Assembly (NCBI GenBank): GCA_050084515.1 | Contig: CM114271.1 | Span: 46,128,001-46,192,000 of the forward strand | Source of the DNA: Blasia pusilla | Lineage: Eukaryota | Direction of reading: 5' to 3' | DNA length: 64,000 nt | Shown here: in pieces, positions 1 through 11,399 of the stretch | Layout of the letters: the number at the start of each line of letters is the position of its first letter | Position numbering within the stretch: position 1 is the first letter of the stretch | The notes under the pieces: model-generated | What the model saw: only the letters and a program-made list of their open reading frames with translations | The model's database searches: none | Told to the model about the DNA's origin: nothing | Position numbers and translations under genes: made by a program

Positions 1-1155
1 CTCTTATGCTTGCAATAGGGCCAAATGGATAAGCCTTATCCATTATTGATAATATTAATATAAAAATATTATTATTATTTCCTGATATCTCCGTCACATT
101 TGCGATAATTTGTCACCGTTGCGCATTTCGGTCCCCGGGAACTAGCCTCTCTGGCCGTTCAGTTTCTTTTTCTATGAAGTCAAGGTCGAAGGAGCTCTAT
201 AGGATCCCCAGGTACGGTTTGTAGAGCTGTATCCTAGATCTTGAGCCCCATTGACATAACTATGGGTGACCTAACAATCATAGCATAAATATCTACGATG
301 GGATAAGCAAAGATGCCCGCTACACCCGCGATAGAGCGTGCCATGGCTTCGCTTGGTGTTGTGTTGCTGGAAAACGGGGGAGAGGTCTTCCACTTGGTGA
401 GTCCACGAGGTAGGGGTTTTAGTCCGCAACGCGTCTTGTTGGATTAAGGAACGCAACCCCTGATGTTGGGGAAAGCGGTTTCAGAGGATTGGGCTTGACG
501 AGAGCCAATATGGAGCGTTGTCCATCTTGGATACATACATCCTTGGATGGAGCGAGTACCACACAATATATCACATGAGAGGAGGTCATGGTGAGGATTC
601 GGCTAGGACATGCTACAGATGAGTCAGTGGTACAAGCCAAGGCGATAGTGACTCATGCAGAGTCCTACGACGTCTTTGTTGGTGGAGCAGTGTTTGTACC
701 CGATGGGGTTTTCATTGGATTACTGGGATGAGGCAGCGTCCTATAGACCAGTATGGCAGTCCGGTGATGGACGTCTTTGTTCATTACCAGTTTGATTCAC
801 ATGTGCTGTGATCGAGCAACGGCCAGGAGAGCTGACGACCTTAGCAGCATTTAGCAGCGCCATCACTTGGCCTAGTGATTCGATTGAGGGACATGTTCAT
901 GCAGAGGATACTCCCATTCTTGACATTTCTATGGAGAGGAGTGTCATGGTCGCTACATCATTCCATGGAGGAGAGGTGCCGCTTTGGGGTCCGATTGAGG
1001 AGCTTCAACGCTTAGCCACTGAGCATGTGCAGACCGCGTGGAGCGAGACGTTTGCACGAGAGCGTGACGGGTCAGAGGAACCCGAGGTAGCCGAGAGTGC
1101 TATGATGACGCCCTTGGATACCACACCCATTATGTGGTGCGTTCCAGAGGAGGAT

Positions 1156-2100
1156 ATTCGTGTGCTTGATCTCTTTGGCGGGATTAGCACTAGTGTAGCT
1201 ACTGTTTTGCAGGCTGGAGTACGCGTGCAACAATACATATATGTGGAGATTGATGATGTTGCAAGGCGCGCTGCACTTCACCATGTGGCATTTTTTTTTC
1301 CCGACTTTTTGTTTGCGTCCACTTTCCAAGGATACCAAAGTTCCCTACCAAGGGATATTGCATTGTTGGGGGCGTAGGACTTGGAGCGGGTAGAGACCGT
1401 AGACTTGGTCATTGCTCGTTGGCCGTGTCAGGGCCAATCGAGTGTTGGACAAGGTAGTAGGTTAGCTGACACTTGGTCTAGGTTATTTTGGGAAATGATG
1501 CGGATTTTACGACACTTGCAGGAGCATTGGTCCCGTTCTCCAACATATATTATGGAGAATGTGCCGATCTTGGGAGATTCAAGGTCACGGGTGGTGACGA
1601 GTGCACATCAGGTGCATGCATGGATCAACTCAGCAATATTTTTGGATGTGGCAAGTGTAGATTCTAGAGCACACCGCTCGCGTCTTTGGTGGACCAACTT
1701 GGTGCCACACGAGGTATTGCGGAGGGCATATCCGCGGGTGGAGCGCCCCTCCTAGTTGTTGGTGGATTCCATATTAGATCCCGTCCGTTGATCACAGGCA
1801 GTGAGGCACCATGATCGATCTTTGTTGACTGTGGTCAATAGGATTGGCATGCCACGGGCAAACTTCCCCATGTTGTGAGTTTTCCCGCTTCCTATACATT
1901 CAAGGAGGTTGCGTTTGGCTTGGTTTGGGATTACCAGGTAGAGCAATTGGTGGAGCCCAATGCCGATGAGCAAGAGCAAGTGATGGGATTCCCCACAGAA
2001 GTGACGATACTACGGAAGTATCGTCACTATCAGAGGCATCACGAACGTCATGTCTTGGGTCAGACAATGGACCTGAACTGCTTGATATGGATTTTTAGCT
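1156..2100 (+). pseudogene. DNMT3-like C5 cytosine methyltransferase domain in copy B (stops/frameshift)
   Basis: Motifs in unpermuted order: I VLDLFGGIS, II YVEIDD, III DI, IV WPCQGQS, VI ENV, VIII AHRSRLWWTN, IX EQEQVMGFP, X VLGQTMD. Confidence 0.9.
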
Positions 2101-2441
2101 TAGGAGTTGCTGAGCAGCGTCGTTTGACATTGCGACAGATTACAAGTGTTGCATTGGTGAGCCCCATGCCTACCGAGACGGTTGAGGCAGTGGCTGGGGG
2201 CGAGACTCGAGGAGATCGATACACCATGGGTGATTGGGAGAGACACCCTTGGACTTCTTGGGATGTTTTGCAAGTATGCTGGGAGATGATAGCCACAACA
2301 TTGAGCATCATTTCGGGTACTGCATATGGAGATCAGTTTTTGCAGTTGGCTATAGGGGAGCAGTCGAGTAGTACTGTCATGGACGGGGTTGCACCATAGC
2401 AACCACCAACACCTTGGCCAAAGAGTCCTACCATAGTCACG

Positions 2442-4839
2442 ATGGAGAAATGGGAGCCAGATATGGGCCCTAAGTTGACAGGAGGAGACCCGTGCCGGAT
2501 ACACCAGTTCCTAAGGAGTTATAGCAGTTGTATTACATTTAGTATGCATGATTTGGATACGCTTAAGGGTCTAGGGATCCGCATTGAGTTGTCAAGTGAC
2601 ACGCCGATCTTCCGACGACCCTACATGTACGGTGACATGGAGAGGGCTATGATTCAGAGTAGGAGCCACAACTTCGTTGGAGCAAGACTAATGGAGATGT
2701 CGCATGGAGAGTATGCATCTGCCACACATGCCCCAAAGAAGGATGTGCATGGCAACTTGACAAATAGGCGGATGTGTGGAGATTATCGACCTATCAATCG
2801 GCAGACAAAGTCTGATAGGTATGCCATGTCCACCCGTGAGGAGATCTTTGATGCTATTGGGCACGCAAAGGTCCCCAGTTCGTTAGATCTTAGAGTCGGA
2901 TACCATCAATTGCCCGTCAGATTGGAGGAAGACGAAATTTTTGGGCATCGATCCTCACGGGAAGGATTGCTTGTACTAGTGGCGGTTCTTACCATTTGGG
3001 TTAAAGAACGCCCCGGATGAGTTTCAGAGGGTCGTAGATAGGATCTTGGCACGTTTGGATTTTGCTAGGTATTATATTGGTGATATCGTAGTCTTTAGCG
3101 CCACGATTGAGGAGCATGAGCGACATCTAGAGGTGGTGTTGTGACGATTGCAGTAACATGGGCTGAAGCTATATCCAGGCAAGTGCAAGTTCTTCTATGA
3201 TAGATTGAGTACCTGGGTCATACCATATACCCATGTGGCCTTGATCTGTAGCACACAAAGGTAGAGGCTATTTCACTCATTCCACGCCCTACAAATGTGA
3301 GTCGGGTTTGTGCATTCATGGGATTGGCAAACTTCTATTGACAATATGTCAAGGGTTTCAATTTGATTTCAAAGCCGTTGACCTTGTTAACCAAGGTGGA
3401 TCAAGAGTGGCACTGGGGGGATGAGTAGGAGACAACATTTTAGCTGCTCAAGGGTAGATTGACCTCCGCGCCCATACTGAGGAGACCGATCAGGGGAGTT
3501 CCTTTCCAGTTGCATACACATTGGAGCATGTAGGGGCTTGGAGCCGTGCTTACCAACATGACAATGAGGGTAGAGAGTTCGTGGTGGCTTACGCTAGTCG
3601 CTCGAACAATGATGCAGAGGCGAAGTATAGCTCGTATGAGGGTGAGTGCTTGGCTGCAATGTGGGATGTCGCGCTTTTAGGTGTTATCTATTCGGAAATC
3701 CCTTAACCATCATTACTGATCATCAGCCAATTAAGTGGTTGATAGAGTTTGACAAGCTTACAGGGAAGCTTGCAAGGTGGGCTCTTTTGGTGCATGAGTA
3801 TGACTTCTAGGTGGTGCATAAACTTGGAACGCTCACTTCCAGGTGATGCATAGACCTGGAACGCTCAACAGTTTCGGTGGGAGGGGACACATGTGTTGCG
3901 AGTGTGGGAGAATGGTAGAGTACGTGTAGTTCCTCATCCTTCATAGAGAGCATGTTTGGTGCATCATGCCCACGAGGAGTTGGGTCATTTTGGAGTGAGG
4001 CGGACGTACAACTTGCTCCACATACAATATTGGTGGCGAGGCATGCAGACTGACGTTCAGCAGTTTGTTATCAGGTGTATGGTTTGTGATCGGGTCTGGG
4101 CATTGGTCAATGCTCCGACTCCATAGTTGCATCCACTTCCTATCATGGGTTTAGGTTATAGATGGATTTTGGATTTTGCAAGAACTTTGCCTTTGATGGA
4201 GCGCCATAGTCGTTATGTGTTGGTGATGGTCGAGCACTTCTCAAAGTGGATAGAGTTGGTTGCATTTCCTGAAAAAGCGAGTGAGGGAGTAGCGTATGCC
4301 TTCCTAGATTGAGTGTTCAGTCATTACGGTGCACGAGCTGAGGTGTTGATAGACCAGGGTACATAGTTTTGCAGGAAGTTTCAGGCCTTATCTGATCAAG
4401 CACTGATTGACCACTACACCACTTCGCGAGACCATCCTGAGGCGGATGGACTAGTAGAGAGGGTTGTGTAGACGATGAAGAGAGGATTACGCAAGTATGC
4501 CTTGCACAAAGGTCACCTAGGAGATTGGGACCTTCACTTGCCCTGGTTGGCAATGGGATACAGATTCAATATGCAGGCATTCTTATCGTCTTTCTCACCG
4601 TACTTGCTACTTTATGGCCGAGAGTCGGATTTACTTGCGGCCATTCGACGAGATGTTGGTGAGGTGTTGAACCTTGATAAACCTGATGTATGGATGCAAG
4701 CACGTTCTTAGAGGACTGAGTTATTTTGGAGAGTGATGCCCATGGCGTTTGAGAACTTAGCGATTGTGCAACATCGAGATACGTTGAGGTATGCGACTAT
4801 TCAAGGAGATGGTTATCGACATACTATCTGGAGGTTTCA
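2442..4839 (+). pseudogene. RT - RNase H - integrase of copy B (many stops/frameshifts)
   Basis: ORF fragments 2442-3020, 3521-3706, 4127-4312 and 4475-4711 match the RT/RH/INT fragments of copy A. Confidence 0.9.
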
Positions 4840-4967
4840 TATCGTGCGCATACACATCGCTACATAACATACATTGCTGTCATCGAACACACATAAAAAC
4901 ACACACGATCCCATGCTAACTCATGGCATCCATACACAGAGGCGAGAAGTGCCAAAATATCTCTAAT
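4840..4967 (-). repeat. Terminal repeat B2 of copy A
   Basis: Direct repeat of 5487-5597 (tcgtgcgc.tacacatcg...ccaaaatatctc.aat); absent from the element's other end. Confidence 0.88.
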
Positions 4968-5484
4968 TAAAGTAAGATCCAATCTCTCTCTACACCATCT
5001 CAGACCATAGCTCTCAAAGGTGTGCACTCTCTCTCATGTCAAACCAAACCCATTCTCCTCATGAGAGGCTTGGGTTACACTCACAAGGCAAGGGACCATA
5101 GCTCCGCCGCCTTATGCCAAGAGATTCAACAAAGAGAGAATGAGATCTCAAGCTCTCTCTCTCTCTTGGAGGTATACCCCCTTCCCTCTCCCAAGCCCTC
5201 TCAACGGTAACCTATGCTTGTAGGTCACCTCCTTGGCTCTTGACCTACTGTAGTGGGTCAAGGGACACTTCCCAAAGTGGAAAGTCAACTATCCATAACA
5301 TGGAAACTTACCCAAAATAGTAAGTTTCTCTATATGGCTACAAATGAGCTGAAACGAAGGGGAAACCTGCTCTCTCAGGTTTCCCGGGGCCTCAACAGGT
5401 CATCCTCGACCTCTTGGGCCTGTCCTCCACTACTCATGCAGTCGCTCTGCTAGATCCCATCGATCTATCCTAATAGTCGTAACA
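4968..5484 (-). repeat. Terminal repeat A2 of copy A
   Basis: Direct repeat of 14457-14979 (taaagtaagatccaatctc...tagtcgt(a/g)aca). Confidence 0.92.
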
Positions 5485-5486
5485 GT

Positions 5487-5597
5487 TGTCGTGCGCGTAC
5501 ACATCGTTGTCATCGAACACACACACAAACACACACGATCCCATGCTAATTCATGGCATCCATGCACATAGGTGAGAAATACCAAAATATCTCCAAT
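5487..5597 (-). repeat. Repeat B1 of copy A, preceded on the sense strand by a purine-rich tract
   Basis: Repeat of 4840-4967; sense strand reads TAGGGAGGCG then ATTGGAG; separated from A2 by 2 nt. Confidence 0.88.
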
Positions 5598-5771
5598 CGC
5601 CTCCCTAGCTGGTGGTTAGGTCCCTCTAACTCCAGATAGCCATCTATCTCTACCTACCACGACATACATCTCTAAGACGCTAAGAGCAGAAAGGTCGGGT
5701 GCTCATGTGGCCCCATCGTTAGTCGCCTTCCTATCATCCATATCATAGAAAAAGTCAGAATCTAAACCTAC

Positions 5772-5927
5772 CTAGTATCTCCTCTGTGTACATCTGGGAC
5801 ACATCCATCGTCCCCGAGGAACCCTAGTGAGAGGTGGCGTCAGACATGCCATATGCCAACCTCTCGAACATCCATCACAGACTAGCATTGTGGCCGCACC
5901 ACGAGCAGAACCTCACAACACACAACG
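5772..5927 (-). pseudogene. PHD finger at the integrase C-terminus, copy A
   Basis: Translation past the TGA at 5913: CVL*GSARGAATMLVCDGCSRGWHMACLTPPLTRVPRGRWMCPRC, a C4HC3 pattern. Copy B has Cys at the stop position (CMLC). Confidence 0.9.
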
Positions 5928-7060
5928 CAAGCCTGCAGGAACTACTACTGAGCTTGGATCTATTGTACCATCAATGTTAGGAATGTGACATGGCGCACAA
6001 TTGCGCACATGGTCCTTCCATACCATACCATCGCGTCCCTTCAACAAGAGAACAGCGGAGGGCAAAACGTCACGAACTCTCAGGATAGTGCGCCCTGCAC
6101 TCACATCCAACGTCGTCGGTGCTATCTGCTGCAAGTAGACATAATCTCCTTGATGAAACCTCCAGATAGTTGGTCGATAACCACCACCCCGAATAGTCGC
6201 ATACCTCAACGTATCCCGATGCTGCACAATCGCCAAGTTCTCGAACGCCATGGGCATCACTCTCCGAAATAACTTAGCCCTTTGAGAACATGCTCGAATC
6301 CATACATCTGGGTCATGAAGGTCCATCACCTCACCAGCATCTCGACGAATGGCCGTAGGCAAATCTGGCTCTCGGCCATAAAGTAGCAAGTACGGTGAAA
6401 AAGATGCTAAGGATGCCTGCCTGTCTGCTGAATCTGTATCCCATCGCCAACCACGGCAACTGGAGGTCCCAATCTCCTAGGTGACCTCTCTGCAAACCAT
6501 ACTTGCGTAAACCCCTCTTCACCGTCTGCACAACTCTCTCCGCTAATCCATCCACCTCGGGATGATCTCGCAAAGTCATGCGGGGGTCGATCATCGCTTG
6601 ATCACACAAGGCCAGGAACTCACCGTGAAACTCGATACCCTGGTCTGTCAACACCTCAGCTGGTGCGCCATAATGACTCAGCACTCTGTCAAGAAAGACA
6701 TAAGCTACTCCCTCACTCGCTTTGTCAAGAAATGCAACCAACTCAATCCACTTCCAGAAGTGCTCGACCATCACCAACACATAACGATTGTGATGCTCCG
6801 TCAAAGGCAAAGGTCCCGCAAAATCCAAACTCCATCTATAACCTAAGCCCATGATCGGTAATGGATGCAACTATGGAGTCGGAGCATTGAACGATGCTCG
6901 GACCTGATCACACTCCATGCACCTGGCAACAAAATGCTAAACGTCAGTCTGCATGCCTCACCACCAATACTCAATCTGGAGCAAGCTGTACGTCCGCTTC
7001 ACTCCAAAATGACCCAACTTCTCGTGGGCATGACGCACCAAATTTGCTCTCTGCGAAGGA
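5928..7060 (-). pseudogene. DDE integrase (HHCC zinc finger, catalytic core, C-terminal region), copy A
   Basis: H..LGHFGVKRTY..C..C, WSLDFAGPLP, VLTDQG.EF, DGLAERVVQTVK in ORFs 6331-6870 and 5913-6389. Confidence 0.92.
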
Positions 7061-7137
7061 TGAGGCACTACACGCACTCTACCATCTTCCCACACTCGCA
7101 ACACATGTGTGCCCTCCCACCAGAACCGTCTGGCTCG

Positions 7138-8846
7138 TTACAAGATCCGATCTCGCTCTCTAGACCCCACTGTGCTCGCGACGCTGCCAGTATGCAGGTA
7201 CTCCAAGACCACTCCATCGTCGTGAATGTCTCGGCCACGTGTCGTCTCCTCACCGACCTCTGGATCTAAGGACTCTCCAACAGACCTCGCCATCAAAGTC
7301 TCCGCAATCTGGCTCTCCATAGCCAACAAGCCCAAATAGGCTGACGCATGCCATCCTGGCACCAACTCCTCATCACTCTCACCATGCCAACGAGCTCCAA
7401 TCGCATCTCGCTGACTCGCGCATGGGTTATGGCTTAAACCATCTGCATCCCGGTTGAGCGTCCCAGGTCTATGCACCACCTGGAAGTCATACTCCTGCAA
7501 CAAAAGAGCCCACCTTGGAAGCTTCCCTGTAAGCTTGTCGGACTCCATCAACCACTTAAGTGGCTGATGATTAGTAATGATGGTAAAGGGATTTCCGAAT
7601 AGATAACATTTGAAATCTGCAACAGCCCACGCTACAGCCAAGCACTCACCCTCATACGAGATGTACCTCGCCTCTGCAGCGTTGTTCGAGCGGCTAGCTA
7701 AAGCCACCACAAACTCTCTACCCTCATCATCATGCTGGGTGAGCACCGCTCCAAGCCCCAACATGCTCCAATTTGTCTGCAACTGGAAAGGACGCCCCCT
7801 GATCGGTCTCCTCAAGATGGGCGAGGACATCAACCTATCCTTGAGCAACTGAAATGCTCATTCTTGCTCATCCCCCCAGTGCCACTCATGATCCACCTTG
7901 GTCAGCAAGATTAGGAGCTTCGCAATCGAACTGGATCCCTTGAAGTTTGCCAATCCCATGAATGTACGAACACGGCTCACATCTGTAGGGCGTGGAATGC
8001 ATGAAATAGCCTCTATCTTTGTCTATTGCACACCAAGGCCCCCAGGGTATATCGTATGATCCAAGTACTCAATCTGGTTGTAGAAGAACTTGCACTTTCT
8101 GGATGTAGCTTCATCCCATGTAACTGCAATCGTCGAAACACCTCCTCTAGATGTCGCTCATCCTCCTCAACCGTGGCGCTAAAGACTACAATGTCATCAA
8201 TATAACACCTAGCAAAATCCAGACCAGCCAAGATCCTATCCATCACCCTCTGAAACTCAGCCGAGGCGTTCTTTAATTCGAATGGTAAGAACCGCCACAG
8301 GTACAAACAATCCTTCCCGTGAAGATCGATGCCCCAAAATGCCGTCTTCTGCATGGCCTCCAATCTGATAGGTAGATGAAGGTATCCGGCTCGCAAATCC
8401 AATAAACTGAAGACCTTTGCATGTCCAATCGCATCAAATATCTCCTCAGGGGTGGGCATGGCATACCTATCGGCCTTTGTCTGCTGATTGACATGTCTGT
8501 AATCTCCACACATTTGCCTATCCGTCCAGTTGCCATGCACATCCTTCTTGGCGGGCATGACAATGGCAGATGGATACTCTCTATGCGACATCTCCACTAG
8601 TCCTGCTCCAACCAAGTCTTGGCTCCTACTCTGAATCAGAGCCTTCTCCATGTCACTGTACCTATAAGGTCGCCAAAAGATTGGCGTGTCACTCGACAAC
8701 TCAATGCGGATCCCTGGTCCCTTTAGCGTACCCAAATCCTCCATGCTAAATGCAAAGCAGCTCTTATATCTCCTCAGGAACTGATGTATCCGGCGCCACT
8801 CTCCTCCTATCAACTTAGGGCCCATATCTGGCTCCCAAGTCTCCAT
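7138..8846 (-). pseudogene. Reverse transcriptase and RNase H, copy A
   Basis: MCGDYR, LDLRAGY, LPFELKNA, YIDDIVVFS; RNase H ECLAVAWAV, LPRWALLLQEYDFQVVHRPG..N..ADGLS. Confidence 0.95.
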
Positions 8847-9179
8847 CGTGACTACAGTAGGACTCTCCGGCGCGGGTATCGGTGGTTGCTATGGTGCAAC
8901 CCCGTCTCGAACAAAAACACTCGGCCAACTGCTAACTCTGATCTCCTCCATGTGTAGTGGCCGGAACCACGCTCGATGCTTTGGCTATCATCTCTTGGCG
9001 TACCTGCAAAATATCCCAAGAAGTCCAAGGGTGTCTCTCCCGATCTCCCTAGGTGTGTAGATCTCCTTGGGTCTCGCCCCCAGCCACTGGCTCCACCGTC
9101 TCGGTAGGCATTGGGTCACCAACGCAACCGTTGTGATCTATCACGATCTCATATGGCGCAGCTCAACCACTCCCAAGTA

Positions 9180-9980
9180 GAGGATCCATGTCAAGCAGTT
9201 CATGTCCATTTCCTGACCCAAGATATGGCGTCGTGATGCCTCTGACATTGACGGTACTGTCGTCACTCCTGTGGGAAATCCCATCGCTTTCTCTCTCTTT
9301 TTAGCGTTGGGCTCCACCAACCTCTGAACCTCGTCATCCCAAACCAAGCCAGGACCGGCCTCCTTGTACAAATGGGAGGGGTGCTCCACTCTCTCATACG
9401 CCGTCTGTAACACCACATGGGGCACCAAGTTGATCCACCATAGACGCGGGCGATAGGATCTAGAACCTACACTCGCCGCATCCAAGAACACTATTGGGCC
9501 CATCCAGGCAAGCACCTGATGAGCACTCATCACCACCCGTGACCTGGAGTCTTCTAGGATCGGCACATTCTCCACAATGTAGGCTGGAGAACGAGACTGG
9601 TGCTCTTGCAACTGCCGTAAGACCCTCAACATCTCCCAAAAAAACCTGGACCAAGTGTTAGCCAATCCATTGTCTCGTCCAGCACTCGATTGGCCTTGAC
9701 AAGGCCAACCGGAAATGACCAAATCAATGGTCCCTACCCGCTCTAAGTCATGCGCCCCCAACAACGAAATATCCCTCGGTAGGGGACTCTAGTACCCCTG
9801 TACCGCGGACGCAGACAATAAATAGGGAAAACGTAGGCATAATTGCACCACATGTTGTAGTGAGACGCGCCTCGCAACATTATCACTCCCCACATACAGG
9901 TACTGTTGCACTCGCACTCCTACCTGCAAAACAGCAGCTAACATGGTGCTAATCCCTCCAAAGAGATCTAACACTCGAAT
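9180..9980 (-). pseudogene. DNMT3-like C5 cytosine methyltransferase domain, copy A
   Basis: VLDLFGGIS, GWPCQGQS, YIVENVP, YRPRLWWIN, EKAMGFPTGVT, ILGQEMD; ORFs 9789-10328 and 9141-9764 are in frame, split by one TAG. Confidence 0.92.
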
Positions 9981-10399
9981 ACCCTCCTCCGGGCTACACC
10001 AAAAAATAGGTGTGGTATCCAAAGGTGTTATTGTAGCACTCCCTGCTACCTCGGGTTCCTCAGACCCATCACGCTCTAGTGCAAATGCCTCGCTCCACGC
10101 TGTCTGCACGTGCTCATCTGCCAATCGTCGAAGCTCCTCACTTGAGCTCCTCAACGATATCTCTCCTCCACGGAATAATGCGGCTACCATAACACTCCTC
10201 TCCATAGAAATGTCAATAACGGGAGTATCCTGTGCATGGACATGTCCCTCAATCAAATCACTAGGCCAAGTGATGGCATTGCTAAATGCTGCTAAGGTCG
10301 CCATCTCTCCTCGCGGTCGCTCGATCACCGCACCTGTGAATTGAACGGGTTATGAGCTAAGGAGCCCATCATCTGACTGCCATCTTGGTCTGTAGGACG

Positions 10400-10742
10400 C
10401 TGACTCCTCCTAGTAATCCAAGGAAAACCCCATCGGGTATAACACCACTCCACCAACCAAGACGTCGTAGGACTCTACATCAGTCACTATCGCCTTGGTT
10501 CACACCACGGACTCATGTGTAGGATGTCTCGGGCGAATCCTCACCATGACCTCATGTTGGGTGATATACTGTGTGGTACTTGCTCCACCCAAGGATGTCT
10601 GTATCCGGAACGGACAACGCTCCACATCGGCTCTCGTCAAGCCCAATCCTCTAAATGACGCTTTCCCCAACATCAGGGGTTGCGCTTCTGAATCCAACAA
10701 GACACTTTGCGGACTAAAAGCTCTACCTCTGGGACTCACCAA
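10400..10742 (-). pseudogene. Retroviral-type aspartic protease, copy A
   Basis: VLLDSEAQPLM (degenerate DSGA) followed by YDVLVGG. Confidence 0.8.
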
Positions 10743-11399
10743 TTGGAAGATTTATCCTTGTTTATCCAGCAACACAACACCAGAAGAAGCCATGGCACGC
10801 TCTATCGCGGGTCTAGCGGGCATCTCCGCCATCCTAGCAGCCGCAGCCTGCTATGAATCTGACGTGGACGGCCTGAGCATCTGCTCCAAGGGCAGGTCCA
10901 TCACCTCCTCTACAATCACCTCTGAATGTGATGCAAGAACTCCAACTCCGCGCTCGCATAATGAAGCGGCCAGCCGAAAAGCCTCCATGGGCGTATCCCC
11001 CAACGTCATAACATCGGAAGCAGAAAATAAAGGAGTGCGATACACAACGGTGGCCGCCCCCAACAACGTGCTCGATACATGCCCCTCCTGAGCATCAACA
11101 ATAGGAGTCGTCGTACTCGCTTCTCTAATTGCCCTCCATGCTTGCACACCAACAACATCACCAACTCTCCAAGAACTTTGATGAGGACCCATCGATGGGG
11201 TCCTCATCGCTTCGAACAACGTGAAAGACTGAGGAAGCCTAGTATGTTTTCTGGATTCCTCTCGATGTGGATCCAACTCTGCGGCTGCTCCACACGTCAC
11301 AACAGTGGCGGCCTCCATCTAGGCAACCCTGCACATCCAACCAGGATCCTACATATCTGTGGCTGCTCCCTATGATGTCGATGCCACGGATCCGGCATC

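Larger units (their letters stand above)
314..4839 (+). mobile_element. Ty3/gypsy-like retrotransposon copy B, left part (5'-truncated, decayed): protease, DNA methyltransferase, RT, RNase H, integrase
   Basis: Broken ORFs give protease (VLLD*GTQPLMLG, ~433-470), MTase motifs, RT (RRMCGDYRPINRQT), RNase H (VVAYASRSNN..YSSYEGECLA) and integrase (VLVMVEHFSKWIELVA). Colinear with the minus-strand copy at 4840-14979; similarity starts near 314. Confidence 0.92.

Noticed and set aside
808-2399. Host or bacterial restriction-modification methyltransferase gene
   Set aside because: Intronless, within the retroelement polyprotein in two copies, no nuclease partner.
10495-11091. Antisense ORFs such as 10495-11091, 12468-12908 and 63031-63792
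   Set aside because: Shadows of coding frames on the opposite strand; no motifs.
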